A stretch of 64,000 nt of DNA. Source: Narcine bancroftii. Lineage: Eukaryota. The notes below the pieces were generated by a model. The model saw only the letters and a program-made list of their open reading frames with translations, ran no database searches and was not told the DNA's origin. Both the position numbers and the translations under genes were made by a program. The stretch is from the NCBI RefSeq assembly GCF_036971445.1, contig NC_091480.1, forward strand, positions 11,098,001 through 11,162,000, given 5' to 3'. This document shows, in pieces, positions 1-11,429 of the stretch (its first letter is position 1; every line of letters starts with the position of its first letter).

Positions 1-420
1 AGACGGACTGGCCGTCGGCAGGAACGGCCTGAAGCGGCTCTTCCAGGCATTGCACCGGGCCGAGGAGAAACCTTGACCCTGTCCAGTTCAGCCTCAACGC
101 TGGTCTGTGCATTGGAGGTGGGCGATTCCAGGGCTGGCCGCGTCTCCTCGGCGCACATGGGCGAGGTGGGAACCGCCTGGGGTGCCGTTCGACGCTGGCG
201 GGGCGGGGGGCTCTTCCCCCCCTCCTCCTCCTCCAGCCTTTCGGGACAGGGTGGGTTGGAGTGGGGGGTCCCAGCGATACTTCTCCCCGCGGAGATGGTG
301 GAATCCAGATGATTTCTGTGTGCGAAAGCGCTTGAAAGCCCCGGGAAATGTAATGAGTGGACGTGCTTGATACGAGGAATCGACATAGAATGTGGTGTGG
401 CCGAGTAGCTTTGGCAGGGA
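1..420. promoter_or_regulatory. Tail of a CpG/GC-rich island (copy 1)
   Basis: High GC and many unmutated CpGs compared with the CpG-depleted remainder of the window. Confidence 0.6.
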
Positions 421-830
421 GGGGTTCTCCAAAGCAGCGGCTGTGTATTGGGAGGCTGCTGAGTTTGGGGAATGCAATTGAATTGATGGAGAGTAGAGAG
501 GCTGGAGGAGGGAGGGAGTCCAGTCCCCATCTAGAGTGGGCAAGGGCACCCTCTAGGGCTTTCTCCCTTTATTTTCCCCACTCACATCCCACCTTCAGTC
601 ATCCCTTACTAACCACAGAGCACCGATGCCATCGCTTCTCAGGAAGGTGGCATGAGTAGAAAAACAAGGTTGAGAACCACTGCGCCAGAGGATTTCCAAA
701 AGCCCAATCAAGCCAGAAGATTGAATGGGGGGGTAACCTTAGACTTTGATTTCCACGGGGCTTCTAATCACTTCATTAAGACCCATGTCGTGGCGCAAAA
801 GATTAGGGTGTATTTTTTTTAAATATAAAG

Positions 831-1170
831 GTGGAGACTGACTACAGGGAACGCTGCCGTCGGAGAGCAGCGGCAATCATCCAGGATCCACACCACCCAG
901 AACATGCTCTCTTCTTGCTCCCAACCATCACAAGACTCCCACCACCAGGTTCAAGAACAGCCCCCTCAACGACAAACTCAATCAGGGAGGGACTCATTTC
1001 AGGGCTCTTACTTGTGCACTTTACTCTTTGTATTGCATAGTTGTTTACATTGCTTGGTTTATATGGTTACCTTGAGAACAGTTTATTTTTTTTCTGTCCA
1101 CCCACAGGAAAAAGAATCTCAGGGTTGTATGTGATGTCATGTATATTCTCTGACAATACATCTGAAATCC
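831..1170 (+). mobile_element. Rex1/Babar-like LINE 3' fragment (copy at ~16309-16648)
   Basis: Translates YRERCRRRAAAIIQDPHHPEHALF, typical of the Rex1 ORF C-terminus, followed by the tail aagaatctcagggttgtatgtgatgtcatg...tgacaata. Confidence 0.75.
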
Positions 1171-1859
1171 ATTAGGTAGTCTACTATAGATCTCGGCAGA
1201 GAAGCAGAATGAGTATCAAATGTTACTGATCTTCCAACACTGATGACAAATGTGGCAAATGACCTTGCAGTAAGAGAGCACGCCTTTTAATCCACCTCCC
1301 CCCCACCCCTCCGAGTTCTGTTTAATGTAGATCAGGCTGGAAATACTCACCAGGTCAGCCAGCAAATACAAGAAATCAAAGGCATTTGGACTTGACTGCA
1401 GAAACACAAGATCTGCAGACGCTGTGAGCCAATGACGAGAAAGTGGGTAGTGGGGGAGAGACTCAGGGGGGTCTCAAGAAAGAGTCCCTATCAGAGGTTT
1501 CTCCACGTGGATGCTCACTGAGACCCACGAGCCCCTCCAGGCAACACTTTCCAGAGGAACTCAGCAGGACTAGCAACATCAGTGGGAGAAAAGGAATGAC
1601 CCCAGCCTGGCACCCAGATGGATTCCAGCATCTGCAACCTCCCCTGACCTTCTCTTCCTTTGCTCTCTTTGACTTGCCTGCAGTCTGGCTAGTTAGAGTG
1701 GACTACGCTAATGCTTTAACAAGCTGTTCTGAAATGTCATTTACCAGGAAGAGTACTAGCTCATTCCATAAGATGTTTCATGGTCTGTGAAAGTTTCTCA
1801 GTGTCAGGTCGGCTATTGTCTTATCACACACTCAACCTGCTGTCAATCCTCCCTCTTCA

Positions 1860-2211
1860 CAGTGGTTTTCAATTTATTTCTTTCCACTGTCATATCACTA
1901 AGTAATCCCTATGCCATCGGTGCTCTGTGATTGGTAAGGGATTACTTAAGGTGGGATGTGGGTGGAAAGAAAAAGGTTGAAAACCACTTTTAATTGTCCC
2001 TCATTGTAGTTTCATAACTCCAAAGGAAATGGGCCAATGACAACTTTTCTCAAGCAAAATATTTCATTAACAGTTGGGTCTAGAGCAGTGATTCTCAATC
2101 TTCCCTTCCCACTCACATCCCACTTTAAGCCATCCCTTACTAATCACAGAGCACCGATGGCAGAGGGATTACTTAAAGTGGGATGTGAGTGGGAAGAAAA
2201 AGGTTGAGAAC
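1860..2211 (-). mobile_element. Composite hAT(Charlie)-like MITE: two palindromic units plus spacer (copy at 17338-17689)
   Basis: CAGTGGTT(T/C)TCAA...TTGAGAAC-type TIRs on both subunits (1860-1990, 2086-2211). The whole element is the reverse complement of 5204-5552. Confidence 0.8.
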
Positions 2212-3078
2212 TAAATGTGTGGTTTACAGTGATTTCTCCCACAAACCCTTGCCATCCCTGCTTCTTTTCCTTCACTTGGCACAGAGGTCAACAGTATTGG
2301 TGGGGTAGTGGGGGGGTTGGGTGGGGGCTAAGGAAATAGTTGATGTTTCGGGTCAAAACCCTTCATCAAGACCCTTCAACAGTACCTTTTCTCCTAAGGA
2401 TGCAGGTCGACATGCTGAGTAATTAACAACAAGTACTTGGGGAAGTTTTCAAAATGCAATTAATTAGGAATTATCCTGGCTTTAATAGAAGGATTACAGC
2501 CTCTGAATGTAAACGCTTTTCAGATGCAGGTGCTTGAGCGAAGAATTCCTCTTGTCATCACTACAACGTTAATGATCCTAAAGCAATTTTACCTCAAGGA
2601 GATGAGCAAGTTGTCCCAAGAAGGCCAATCAATATTTATGCCTGTCATCAACATTGCTAAAACAGCACAGGTGGCCACATATAATATTGCAAAACTGATA
2701 ACACATTCAATGTTATCCAGCTTGCTGTTTACAATTTCATGGCACTGGGAATGTCCTGTGCAATTTACAAAGTATCAACTGCCTTATACTATCTGGGAAA
2801 ATAAAAGTGATCTTAAATGTAACATCTGATTTTTTAAAATTTAATTTTGGTTGTTCACCATCAATTTTAGCAATACAAGTCTCAGCTGTGGTTCAGGTCG
2901 TCAGCCCTGCTGGGTTAGGTGCTCAAATCTCAGTCCAAACTGAAAGTAAAATCTCATTTCCTACTTTAGATCGGGTCTGTGTGTGTGCTCCCTTGTTGGG
3001 TATATTATCTTTCATTGAGAAATTAAAGCAAAGCCCCATCTGCCCTCTTCAAGTGGGCATAAAGGATATCGCAAGACT

Positions 3079-3732
3079 AAGATAAGCGTATACAGAGCCG
3101 TTGTCATACCCACACTCCTGTTCGGCTCCGAATCATGGGTCCTCTACCGGCACCACCTACGGCTCCTAGAACGCTTCCACCAGCGTTGTCTCCGCTCCAT
3201 CCTCAACATCCATTGGAGCGCTTACACCCCTAACGTCGAAGTACTCGAGATGGCAGAGGTCGACAGCATCGAGTCCACGCTGCTGAAGATCCAGCTGCGC
3301 TGGATGGGTCACGTCTCCAGAATGGAGGACCATCGCCTTCCCAAGATCGTGTTATATGGCGAGCTCTCCACTGGCCACCGTGACAGAGGTGCACCAAAGA
3401 AAAGGTACAAGGACTGCCTAAAGAAATCTCTTGGTGCCTGCCACATTGACCACCGCCAGTGGGCTGATAACGCCTCAAACCGTGCATCTTGGCGCCTCAC
3501 AGTTTGGCGGGCAGCAACCTCCTTTGAAGAAGACCGCAGAGCCCACCTCACTGACAAAAGGTAAAGGAGGAAAAACCCAACACCCAACCCCAACCAACCA
3601 ATTTTCCCTTGCAACCGCTGCAATCGTGTCTGCCTGTCCCGCATCGGACTTGCCAGCCACAAACGAGCCTGCAGCTGACGTGGACTTTTTACCCCCTCCA
3701 TAAATCTTCGTCCGCGAAGCCAAGCCAAAGAA
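3079..3732 (+). mobile_element. RTE-clade LINE, 5'-truncated 3' fragment (copy at 18557-19210)
   Basis: Near-identical to the 3' part of 49228-50300. Encodes LRWMGHVSRMEDHRLPKIVLYGEL, has one premature stop (CAA>TAA), and ends cttcgtccgcgaagccaagccaaaga. Confidence 0.95.
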
Positions 3733-4335
3733 TAAGACATAGGACCAGAAGTAACTTATTCAGCCCATCAAGTCTGCCCCGCCATTTCATCATTTTCCAA
3801 CTCTGCCCCACAGCCCGGCCTTCTCCCCATAACCTTTGATCCCCTGACTGATCAAGAACCGTCTTAAATACACGGACCTCCACAACAAAAAATTCCACTG
3901 ATTTACAACCCTCTGGCTGAAGAAATTCCCCTTCGTCTCTGTTCGAAGCGGACCCCCATCAATCCTGAAGTTGTGCCCCCTTGCCCTGGACTCTCCCACC
4001 ACGGGAAACAACCTGACTATATCGATTCTGTCCACACCTTTCAACATTCGAGATGTTTCAATGAGATTCCCCACCATTCTCCTAAATTCCAAAGATTGCA
4101 GGTCAAAGGCTCCTAATCTTTCATTTCATCCCTGTAATCATCCTAGTGAACCTCCTTTTAACCCTCTTCAATGAATGTCAGCACATCTTCTCAAGTGAGG
4201 AACCCATAACTACTCCCAATACTCCAAGTGAGGTCTCACCAGTGCCTTATAAAGCCTCAACATCACATCCCTGCTCTTTATATTCTTTTCCTCTTGAAAT
4301 AAATTCCAGAATTGCATTTGCTTTCTTCACCGTTT
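3733..4335 (-). mobile_element. CR1-type LINE 3' fragment (copy at ~19211-19813)
   Basis: Minus strand encodes GNLIETSRMLKGVDRID..LFPVVGESRARGHNFRI..NFFSQRVVNQWN, the CR1 ORF2 C-terminus. Confidence 0.88.
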
Positions 4336-5203
4336 CAACATGCCACTATTATAAATGCGACTAGGACAATTACACTCTGGTCAAAATTTATTCCTCATTC
4401 TCCATCACCAGCAGTTCAGTTTGTGGATCTTACTCTGTTCAAAGAAGCAACTAAGTCTTCTACATTACAATTCTTCAAAGGCTGTTAAATGCATTTGCTC
4501 TTTATAGATCCAGGACGGCAAATGATGCTCTTTCACGATTCATTGGAATGTCAGGATGAGGATTCCATTTATCCCAGCAAACAATAAGAAACTGGAGGGA
4601 CTCGGGGGGGGGGGGGGGGGGAGATCAGGCAGCATTTATTGAGAGAATCTTTCAGACAATATTTTGGATTGGGACTCTTTCTCGGTTTCTTCTTTTCCAT
4701 TCCTCACCGCACCCCCCCCCCACTTGAATAATGAATCAAATATCAAATTGCTTTAATGTCTTTGCTGCTTCAATAACACAGTAACAAATGATTTATCTGA
4801 TCTCAATAATGTGCCAAGATTGATGCAAAATAACAAGATTGGAATAATATATTTTACAATCGTGATAATGGAACTAGATAACAGCACAAAGACACTGAGA
4901 ATGGAGTGTTTAGCATTTATTTAACCTACCAGCATATGAAAGAGAACATTACTCTTCTTTCCAATTGATCTATATAGTTTAGTAAAGCAGGAAACATCTG
5001 TCACAAACCACAAATATAATATTTATTTGGTGACACAAAGTAGTGTTTTTTTTAAACTTTCTTTGGGATGAAACTGTTGATAAACTAGTGCTCAATTCCG
5101 ACCTCAAACTAATTTTCTACCAACTTTATTTTGTCCCCATCAGTTATGACACAATCTCTGTATTGCAATCTCTGGCCTGCAATTGTAATGGGTTCACATA
5201 GGG

Positions 5204-5552
5204 CTGTGGTTCTCGACCTTTTTCTTTCCACTCACATCCCACTTGAAGTAATCCCTATGCCATTGGTGCTCTGTGATGAGTAAGGTGGGATGTGGGTGGG
5301 AAGGGAAGGTTGAGAACCACTGCTCAAGATTCAATTGTTACCGAAATATTTTGCTGGAGAAAAATTGTCATTGGCCCATTTCCTTTGGAGTTATGAAACC
5401 GATCACATAACGAGTCAATGAGGTATGATTAAAACAGTATTTTTCAAACTTTTTCTTTCTACCCACATGCCACCTTAAGAAATCCCTTACTAATCACAGA
5501 GCACCGATGGCATAGGAACTACTTAAAGTGGTATAAAGGTTGAGAACCACTG
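5204..5552 (+). mobile_element. Composite hAT(Charlie)-like MITE (copy at 20682-21030)
   Basis: Outer TIRs ctgtggttctcgacctt / aaggttgagaaccactg. Subunits at 5204-5322 and 5435-5552 flank a 112-bp spacer. Confidence 0.82.
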
Positions 5553-6799
5553 GCCTGGGGCATAGAAAAGAGACGACTCATGGAACTGATTTCCAGCATT
5601 TATTAACTCCCTTTAGAAGACAAAATAACACAGCCACTGCCTTCTGAGTTTTTTTTCCTTTTCTCCCTTAGCAAGGTAGCAAGCAGTGACTCCGTATTAT
5701 TTTCCTCATCTACATACCGATACGTTATTTTAACATTTCAATATGAACTCAACTCAGTGTACATGGTATTAGCCAAGAGCTTTTAAGATTTGCCCATGGA
5801 AACATTTTGCATTTTAACATTCTTTCAAACTATATAAAAAAACTGTAAATATACACACACACACAGTAGCACCCAGAGGGTGAGTTTAAAAAATTGCATA
5901 GAGAAATTAACTGGCCAAAATCATTTACTTAACAAGGAAAGCCTGTAGCTGTAGAAGACAAAATAACACAACCATTGCCTTCTGAGCATGCAAAATAACA
6001 GAATTTACACTGTTACATTTCAGCAAAGCTCTTGATCACATGACCAGCTAAAACACCAGTAAGATTAAAAAAACAACCTTAAAACTTACATTAATGGTAA
6101 AAACAACTGTAAAACAATAATATTAGTAATGCACAATTAGCATTAAGATTGATAACATAAATAATTCATTTTCAAGAGAAAACATTAAATTTGCCCAGCA
6201 GCTAAATCTCCCCCACCCCCCACCCCACTTACCTGGAGCAAGCAGTGTAAGAGAGAGGAATGGAGGTGGCTCAGGAGGTGCACAAGAGTTGTTCACCACC
6301 AGAAACATTATTAAAATGAGATTAAATACAAATACTTCATTGAGATAAAATTCACAAATACAGAATTAAGAATAAAAATTATTAAACCCTGTTTTTAACT
6401 CTGTTACACAATTTTACTATGGAATTGCTATTGAGGAAATATTTCATGTCAATTATCAGTGATAATATTCATTATCTGCATGCAAATGTTTTATCTGAGG
6501 CGAACACTTAGAAATTAGAATAGCGTCTGTACCGTTTGACTTGCAAGATTTTACTGGGAGTATTAATTCATACATTTTTGAACATATTTGCATAATAATA
6601 TTGCTCATGGTTATCATAAGCTGTTTTACTTTTGGTCTTTCAAACCTCTGATATAATTTCATTACTAACTCACCTCCTTAACATAATTATGTTCAACACT
6701 GAGATAATGATGAGCAGATATTCGGTTTACATTTGGTATTCTTGTATTTGCATTCTGTCTATCAGAAATACCTCGACCAACTTTCTACTAAAGTACATA

Positions 6800-7115
6800 A
6801 ACAATTTATTGACTCAAGCTGGTGCACAGAGTGGAAACCAAACTCAATTACCAGGGTCACTTTGATATCAATTATCTGGCTCCATCACGGCCTGGTATGG
6901 GAGCACCAATACGTCTGAGTGGAAAGTCCTGCAAAATGTAGTATCACAGGCAAAATTCTTCCCACCATCGAGAAAGTAAACATGGAACATTGTTGTCAGA
7001 GAGGAGAGCAATCGTTAAGGACCCACACCACCCAGGGTATAATCTCATTTTGCTGCTGCCATCAGGAAATATGTAAATATACCACATGACTCATACCACC
7101 AGGGTTAAGAACAGA
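6800..7115 (+). mobile_element. Degenerate Rex1/Babar LINE fragment
   Basis: Similar to 30800-31370 (atcacggcctggtatgg...cccaccatcgag...gctgctgccatcagg). Confidence 0.65.
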
Positions 7116-7164
7116 TGTCACTAGGGTGGCCATTCCAAAAGGAGGAAAATATATATATATTTAT

Positions 7165-7195
<31 letters not shown>

Positions 7196-7261
7196 GTGTG
7201 TTTGCATTTGTTTTTCCAATATGGTTTAAATTTTATTAATAAAATATGATTTTTGCTGCAT

Positions 7262-7603
7262 TACATTTGTGGCGAGTATACACTTAAGGCTCAAGGACAC
7301 AGCATGACTGCACTTATTAATAAAGCCTATGAGCTCTACTTTGGTCGTAAAATTGGAAAGTGAGACAAACACTGGGCTCACATGCTGTTGTGCAACATGT
7401 GCCGTTAACGTAAGAGCTTGGCTCAGAGGTACATAATGTGATTAAAATGCAAAATTCAATAAAAGTTCATTTAACGTTTCTCCCACTTCCTGCGTTATAC
7501 TGCAAATATGAAATTATTTTTGTGTTCAGCTTGAAGCTGTCTTATCATCACTCCTCATTGTTTTTCAGGAAGCAAAGCATTTGAAAAAATCTGTTGTCCA
7601 CTG
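7262..7603 (+). mobile_element. Chapaev3-like (CMC) DNA transposon deletion derivative (copy at 22748-23089)
   Basis: Translates YICGEYTLKAQGHSMTALINKAYELYFGRKIGK*DKHWA/CCATCAVNVRAWLRGT, an N-terminal Cys-rich domain. It is joined to a 3' terminus ending gttgtccactg, homologous to the reverse complement of 46321-46470. Confidence 0.75.
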
Positions 7604-7730
7604 AAATTTATCACTTGAAACAAGGTAAAGGTTCTATTATTGTCACATTTAGAATATAACATACATGAAATTCTTGTCTACTGTAAGGCAGACAGTATTG
7701 CCACTTTGTCCAGCACCCCTCACAGAAATT

Positions 7731-7804
7731 AGGCCCCCAACAAGGGACGAACTCACAATCCCTGGTGTACAAGACCAGTGTTCTAACCACTGAGCTATGG
7801 AGCC
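7731..7804 (-). pseudogene. tRNA-Thr(TGT)-derived sequence, head of a SINE-like chimera (7624-7804)
   Basis: Reverse complement GGCTCCATAGCTCAGTGGTTAGAACACTGGTCTTGTACACCAGGGATTGTGAGTTCGTCCCTTGTTGGGGGCCT matches vertebrate tRNA-Thr-TGT, with T-arm mismatches. It is fused to a LINE-type tail. Confidence 0.85.
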
Positions 7805-9949
7805 TCTAATTTTTTAAAAATAATTATTTATTTGGAGTCAGTTTTGTTTACATTTTGTTCTTTTGTAATACTTAACTTTGCTTGAGCACAACTTATGCTG
7901 CCGATAACTGCCTGGCCTGCTAGAAAAAAAGAATCTCTGGATGATATGTGATATGCCTGCACACGGACAATAAATTTCAACTTGAACTTGAACCCATTAC
8001 TACTTGTTTAGTAAATTGTGATTGCTGTCAGGGAGTTATGCAGAAGAACATGGGTATACTATGCTTGTTAACCTAGCTAACTCCATGCTGTCCAGAATTT
8101 GCGTTTGCTGCTGTTAATGTAACTGGATGGTACAATGGGTTGAGATGATTTTTACAGCCACAATAAACTTGATAGCTTATGTTTTATTTTTACTTATTCC
8201 AAAAGGTCTTTGAGAAAGACTGAAAATTCCTTTTGCATTTTTTTTTGGACAATAGTGGTCCTTAAACCGTGAACTTAAAAGTTTTTGCAATCTTTTGTGA
8301 AGGCAAAGCGGCACATTTCTTTTTGATGACTGAGGTATTAAATTTAAGACAAAGGAAGTAGTGGGAATCGAAAATGAGAGGAGTGGGGTTCCCTTCTGTT
8401 CTCATAAAGGAAATATGATAAACCTTAGAACTGTGGTTCGCTTTTGAACAAATCTGTAGAGAAAAAACTAAAAAGATTTTGCAGGTCATGTGAAGGGGGA
8501 AGGGTTGTTTTGTTTTGGTAAAGAAAAAAGGTATATGTATATATTTAATATTGGAGAATTTTCCTTTGTATATTTATGGAAAAAAGAAAAAGAAAATATT
8601 TAAAAGAAGATTTTGCAGGGCAGGTACGTCTGTGGATGAAAATGCTGGAAACATTTAGTGATCATTAGAATGAGATCATCGTCATATGCATAAGTCAGAT
8701 GTACGTGTGCATCAAAATTCTTACTTGCTGTAGCCAAAGAGGTATGTAGAGTTCTCCAGCATAATAAATTATTTCAGTATGGAAAAAATAAATAGGCCCA
8801 GTTGCAGTTAGTGCAAAGTAAAAAGTATCAATTTGATAATGTAGACAGATCTTTTTGGTGCCTGCAAGTCACATAGTAGTGACAGAAAATGAAAGAGAGT
8901 TAACATTTCAGGCTGAAGACACTTTAACTAATAATTCTGTATGTTTTTTTTTTCCCCACAAATGCAGCGTTTCCTGTACATTCTGCTTTTCAGCCTCAAC
9001 AGTTTCTTTTTTCATTTTCATCTCTGTTTATTACATGGATGGTTTTGAGAGCTTGTTTAAGTGCACGCTGAGTTTTCCATTTCCTATATTGCAACAATGG
9101 CAACATTCCTAATTTACTTCAGTGCCTGCAGAGGATACTGGATGATGACGGTTCCAAATAAATGCAAATCCCTTTTAGTTGTTGAAAATAATCAGGGATC
9201 TTTAGGTTTTTTTGTATCAACCATGGTCTTAAATTGTCTGATAATTAGATTCTGGAAAATAAAAATCCTCCCTATATCTTCAGACATGGTTTGCATGCAA
9301 ATGTAAGGCATAAACAGCCTTGAGAACTGGAGGAGGAAAAAAACATTGTACAGCTCAAGTTGTTTGCCTTTCCCCCCCCCCTCCTTCTTCGGTCTATCTC
9401 TGATTCCATCTCCGGGAATGGAAGACATTCCCAGGCAGACCTACCTGCCATGACGTCCAGCTCCACATTTCACAGCTTCTACACTAGAACGTAGAACAGG
9501 ACAACAGGAACGTGACTTTGATTGACTACGCCTACGCTGGACATGATGCCACGTTATATCCCTACTGCTTCCACATGCACCACACCCCTCTGTGGCCTGT
9601 ATGATCCATCTCCTTCCACCACTATTCCTGACAGCCCACTCCGGGGAACTATCCCTCTCTGCAAAACAATGCTTGCCCTGTTCATGTCCTTTAACTTACC
9701 TGCCTCCTCCACCACTTTATACATGCATCCTCGAGTATTTGACATTTGTACCCTGGAAAATCCCATGTCCATATTTTCGTATTTTAACTACTCCCATCCA
9801 CTCACTGAAAAGGTAATCACGTTTACAGTTTATCCCCATGGTCACCCTGGTTTCACTCATCAGAGACCACCCTCCACCCTTCCTTGCCCACTTTGCCACT
9901 AAACAAGCTGCTTTTGTTACCTTCCCAGTTCAGATGTAGGATTTTTAAT

Positions 9950-10180
9950 GTTTTAAATTTAGAGACAGCAATAATAACAGACCCTTCCGACCCATGAGCC
10001 TGCGGCACCCAAATAAACCAGCGTGGCCAATTCACCCCATATGCCTTTGGAACATGGGAGGAAACTGGAGCACTTGAACGAAGCCCTCAAGGACATGGGG
10101 AGAATTTACAAACTCCTTACGGGCAGCGGTGGATTCAAACCTGGGTTGCCGGTTCTATAATAGCATTGTGCTAACCCCTC
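9950..10180 (-). mobile_element. HE1/V-SINE-like tRNA-derived SINE (copy at ~25439-25669)
   Basis: Reverse complement matches 38992-39257 (gtaaggagtttgta..ttctcccc core). Confidence 0.7.
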
Positions 10181-10799
10181 TTTGACACAAATAGTTAGCT
10201 TCTTTTTCCAGCATTTTCAGGTTCCGCCGTGCATCCTCCAAGCTTCGGATCTGGCAAATTCTCCTCCAAAAAAAAAAATCGATCCTACTTCACCGCTAAC
10301 AAAATTTCCATCAGCAGTCCTTCTCGTAATTGGCCCACTCTAAATTACCTCCTACTATTGTAGACCAGTTTTGAAATATTGACACTTTTATTGTTTGAAG
10401 TCTTCAGATACTTATACAGTTCAGTAAGATATCTACGAATCTGTTCTTAAACATAAGAATTTCCACCTTCTCACATACCTAATCTAAGCTATCAATTTAG
10501 TTTGTCTTCACTGAAAAGTCTCCAAATCCTGGAAGCTCTTGTTATAATACTGCAATCAGGTCCTCCACGCAGAGTGGGACCAGCTCCCTGTTATTTCAAA
10601 ATCATCTCTTGAAATTTGTGTTCTATTTCTCTGGCTAGGAATCCTCCAAATCCTATTTATTTGCTTTAATCATATTATCCATTGGACTTCATTTAACCCA
10701 TTCACCAATGACTATAAAATTACCCATCTGTGTCTTATATTGCAGTCATTCAATTGTCGGCTACTTGCTGTCTTTGAAGGTGTTTTCCTCCAGTTATAA

Positions 10800-10988
10800 T
10801 AGTAAAACCCCTGTTATCCAGAATTCAAGCAAATGGACAAAACAAATTAAGGAAAATAAATAGGAAAAAAATGTGGAAGTTTAAAACCGGCACGCCTCTC
10901 GCACAACAGGCAATCTCAAGCAACTAGAAAATTCATTTATCTGGCATCTATCAAACCCCACAGGTGCTGGATACCAGGAACTTTACTG
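10800..10988. mobile_element. Tigger/pogo-type MITE (copy at 26289-26477)
   Basis: Imperfect TIRs agtaaaacccctgttatccag / ctggataccaggaactttactg, followed by TA. Confidence 0.7.
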
Positions 10989-11429
10989 TACATGGTTCTT
11001 TTATCAATCCCTGTGGTGATGAAAGGTCATTGTCACACATCATCTGAAAGTTTACGACATTTCTAGTTTCACAGATTCTCTCTGACGTGCAGAGTATTTT
11101 CAGTTTTTACTTAAGATTTGCCACACGCCCACTTGTTTCCGATCATTTACTTTTCTCGTTGATTGAACCATCCATGATTTTGAAGACCTGTATCAAATCT
11201 CATTTCAATGGTCTCCTGTGGGAAATCGCCACCATTTAGTTTAAATGTTATTGTACATTATTCCTTTCTAAAATAATCGTCATGCCTCACATTAAATCCA
11301 TTTGGTTGCTTATCATCTAAGTTCTCCAATCTATGACAGAGTGATAATTGGGCTGATGGGTGCTGAGGTGAACACCAATCAAATGAAAAGTAGGAGGAAG
11401 CCCCTCAGGCCTTCACGCCTTGATGAAGA

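Noticed and set aside
6227-6308. Minus-strand exon ending in a perfect CAG|gtaagt donor
   Set aside because: No convincing acceptor and no recognisable peptide.
7731-7804. Functional tRNA-Thr gene
   Set aside because: T-arm and B-box substitutions and direct fusion to a retroelement tail; treated as a SINE head or pseudogene.
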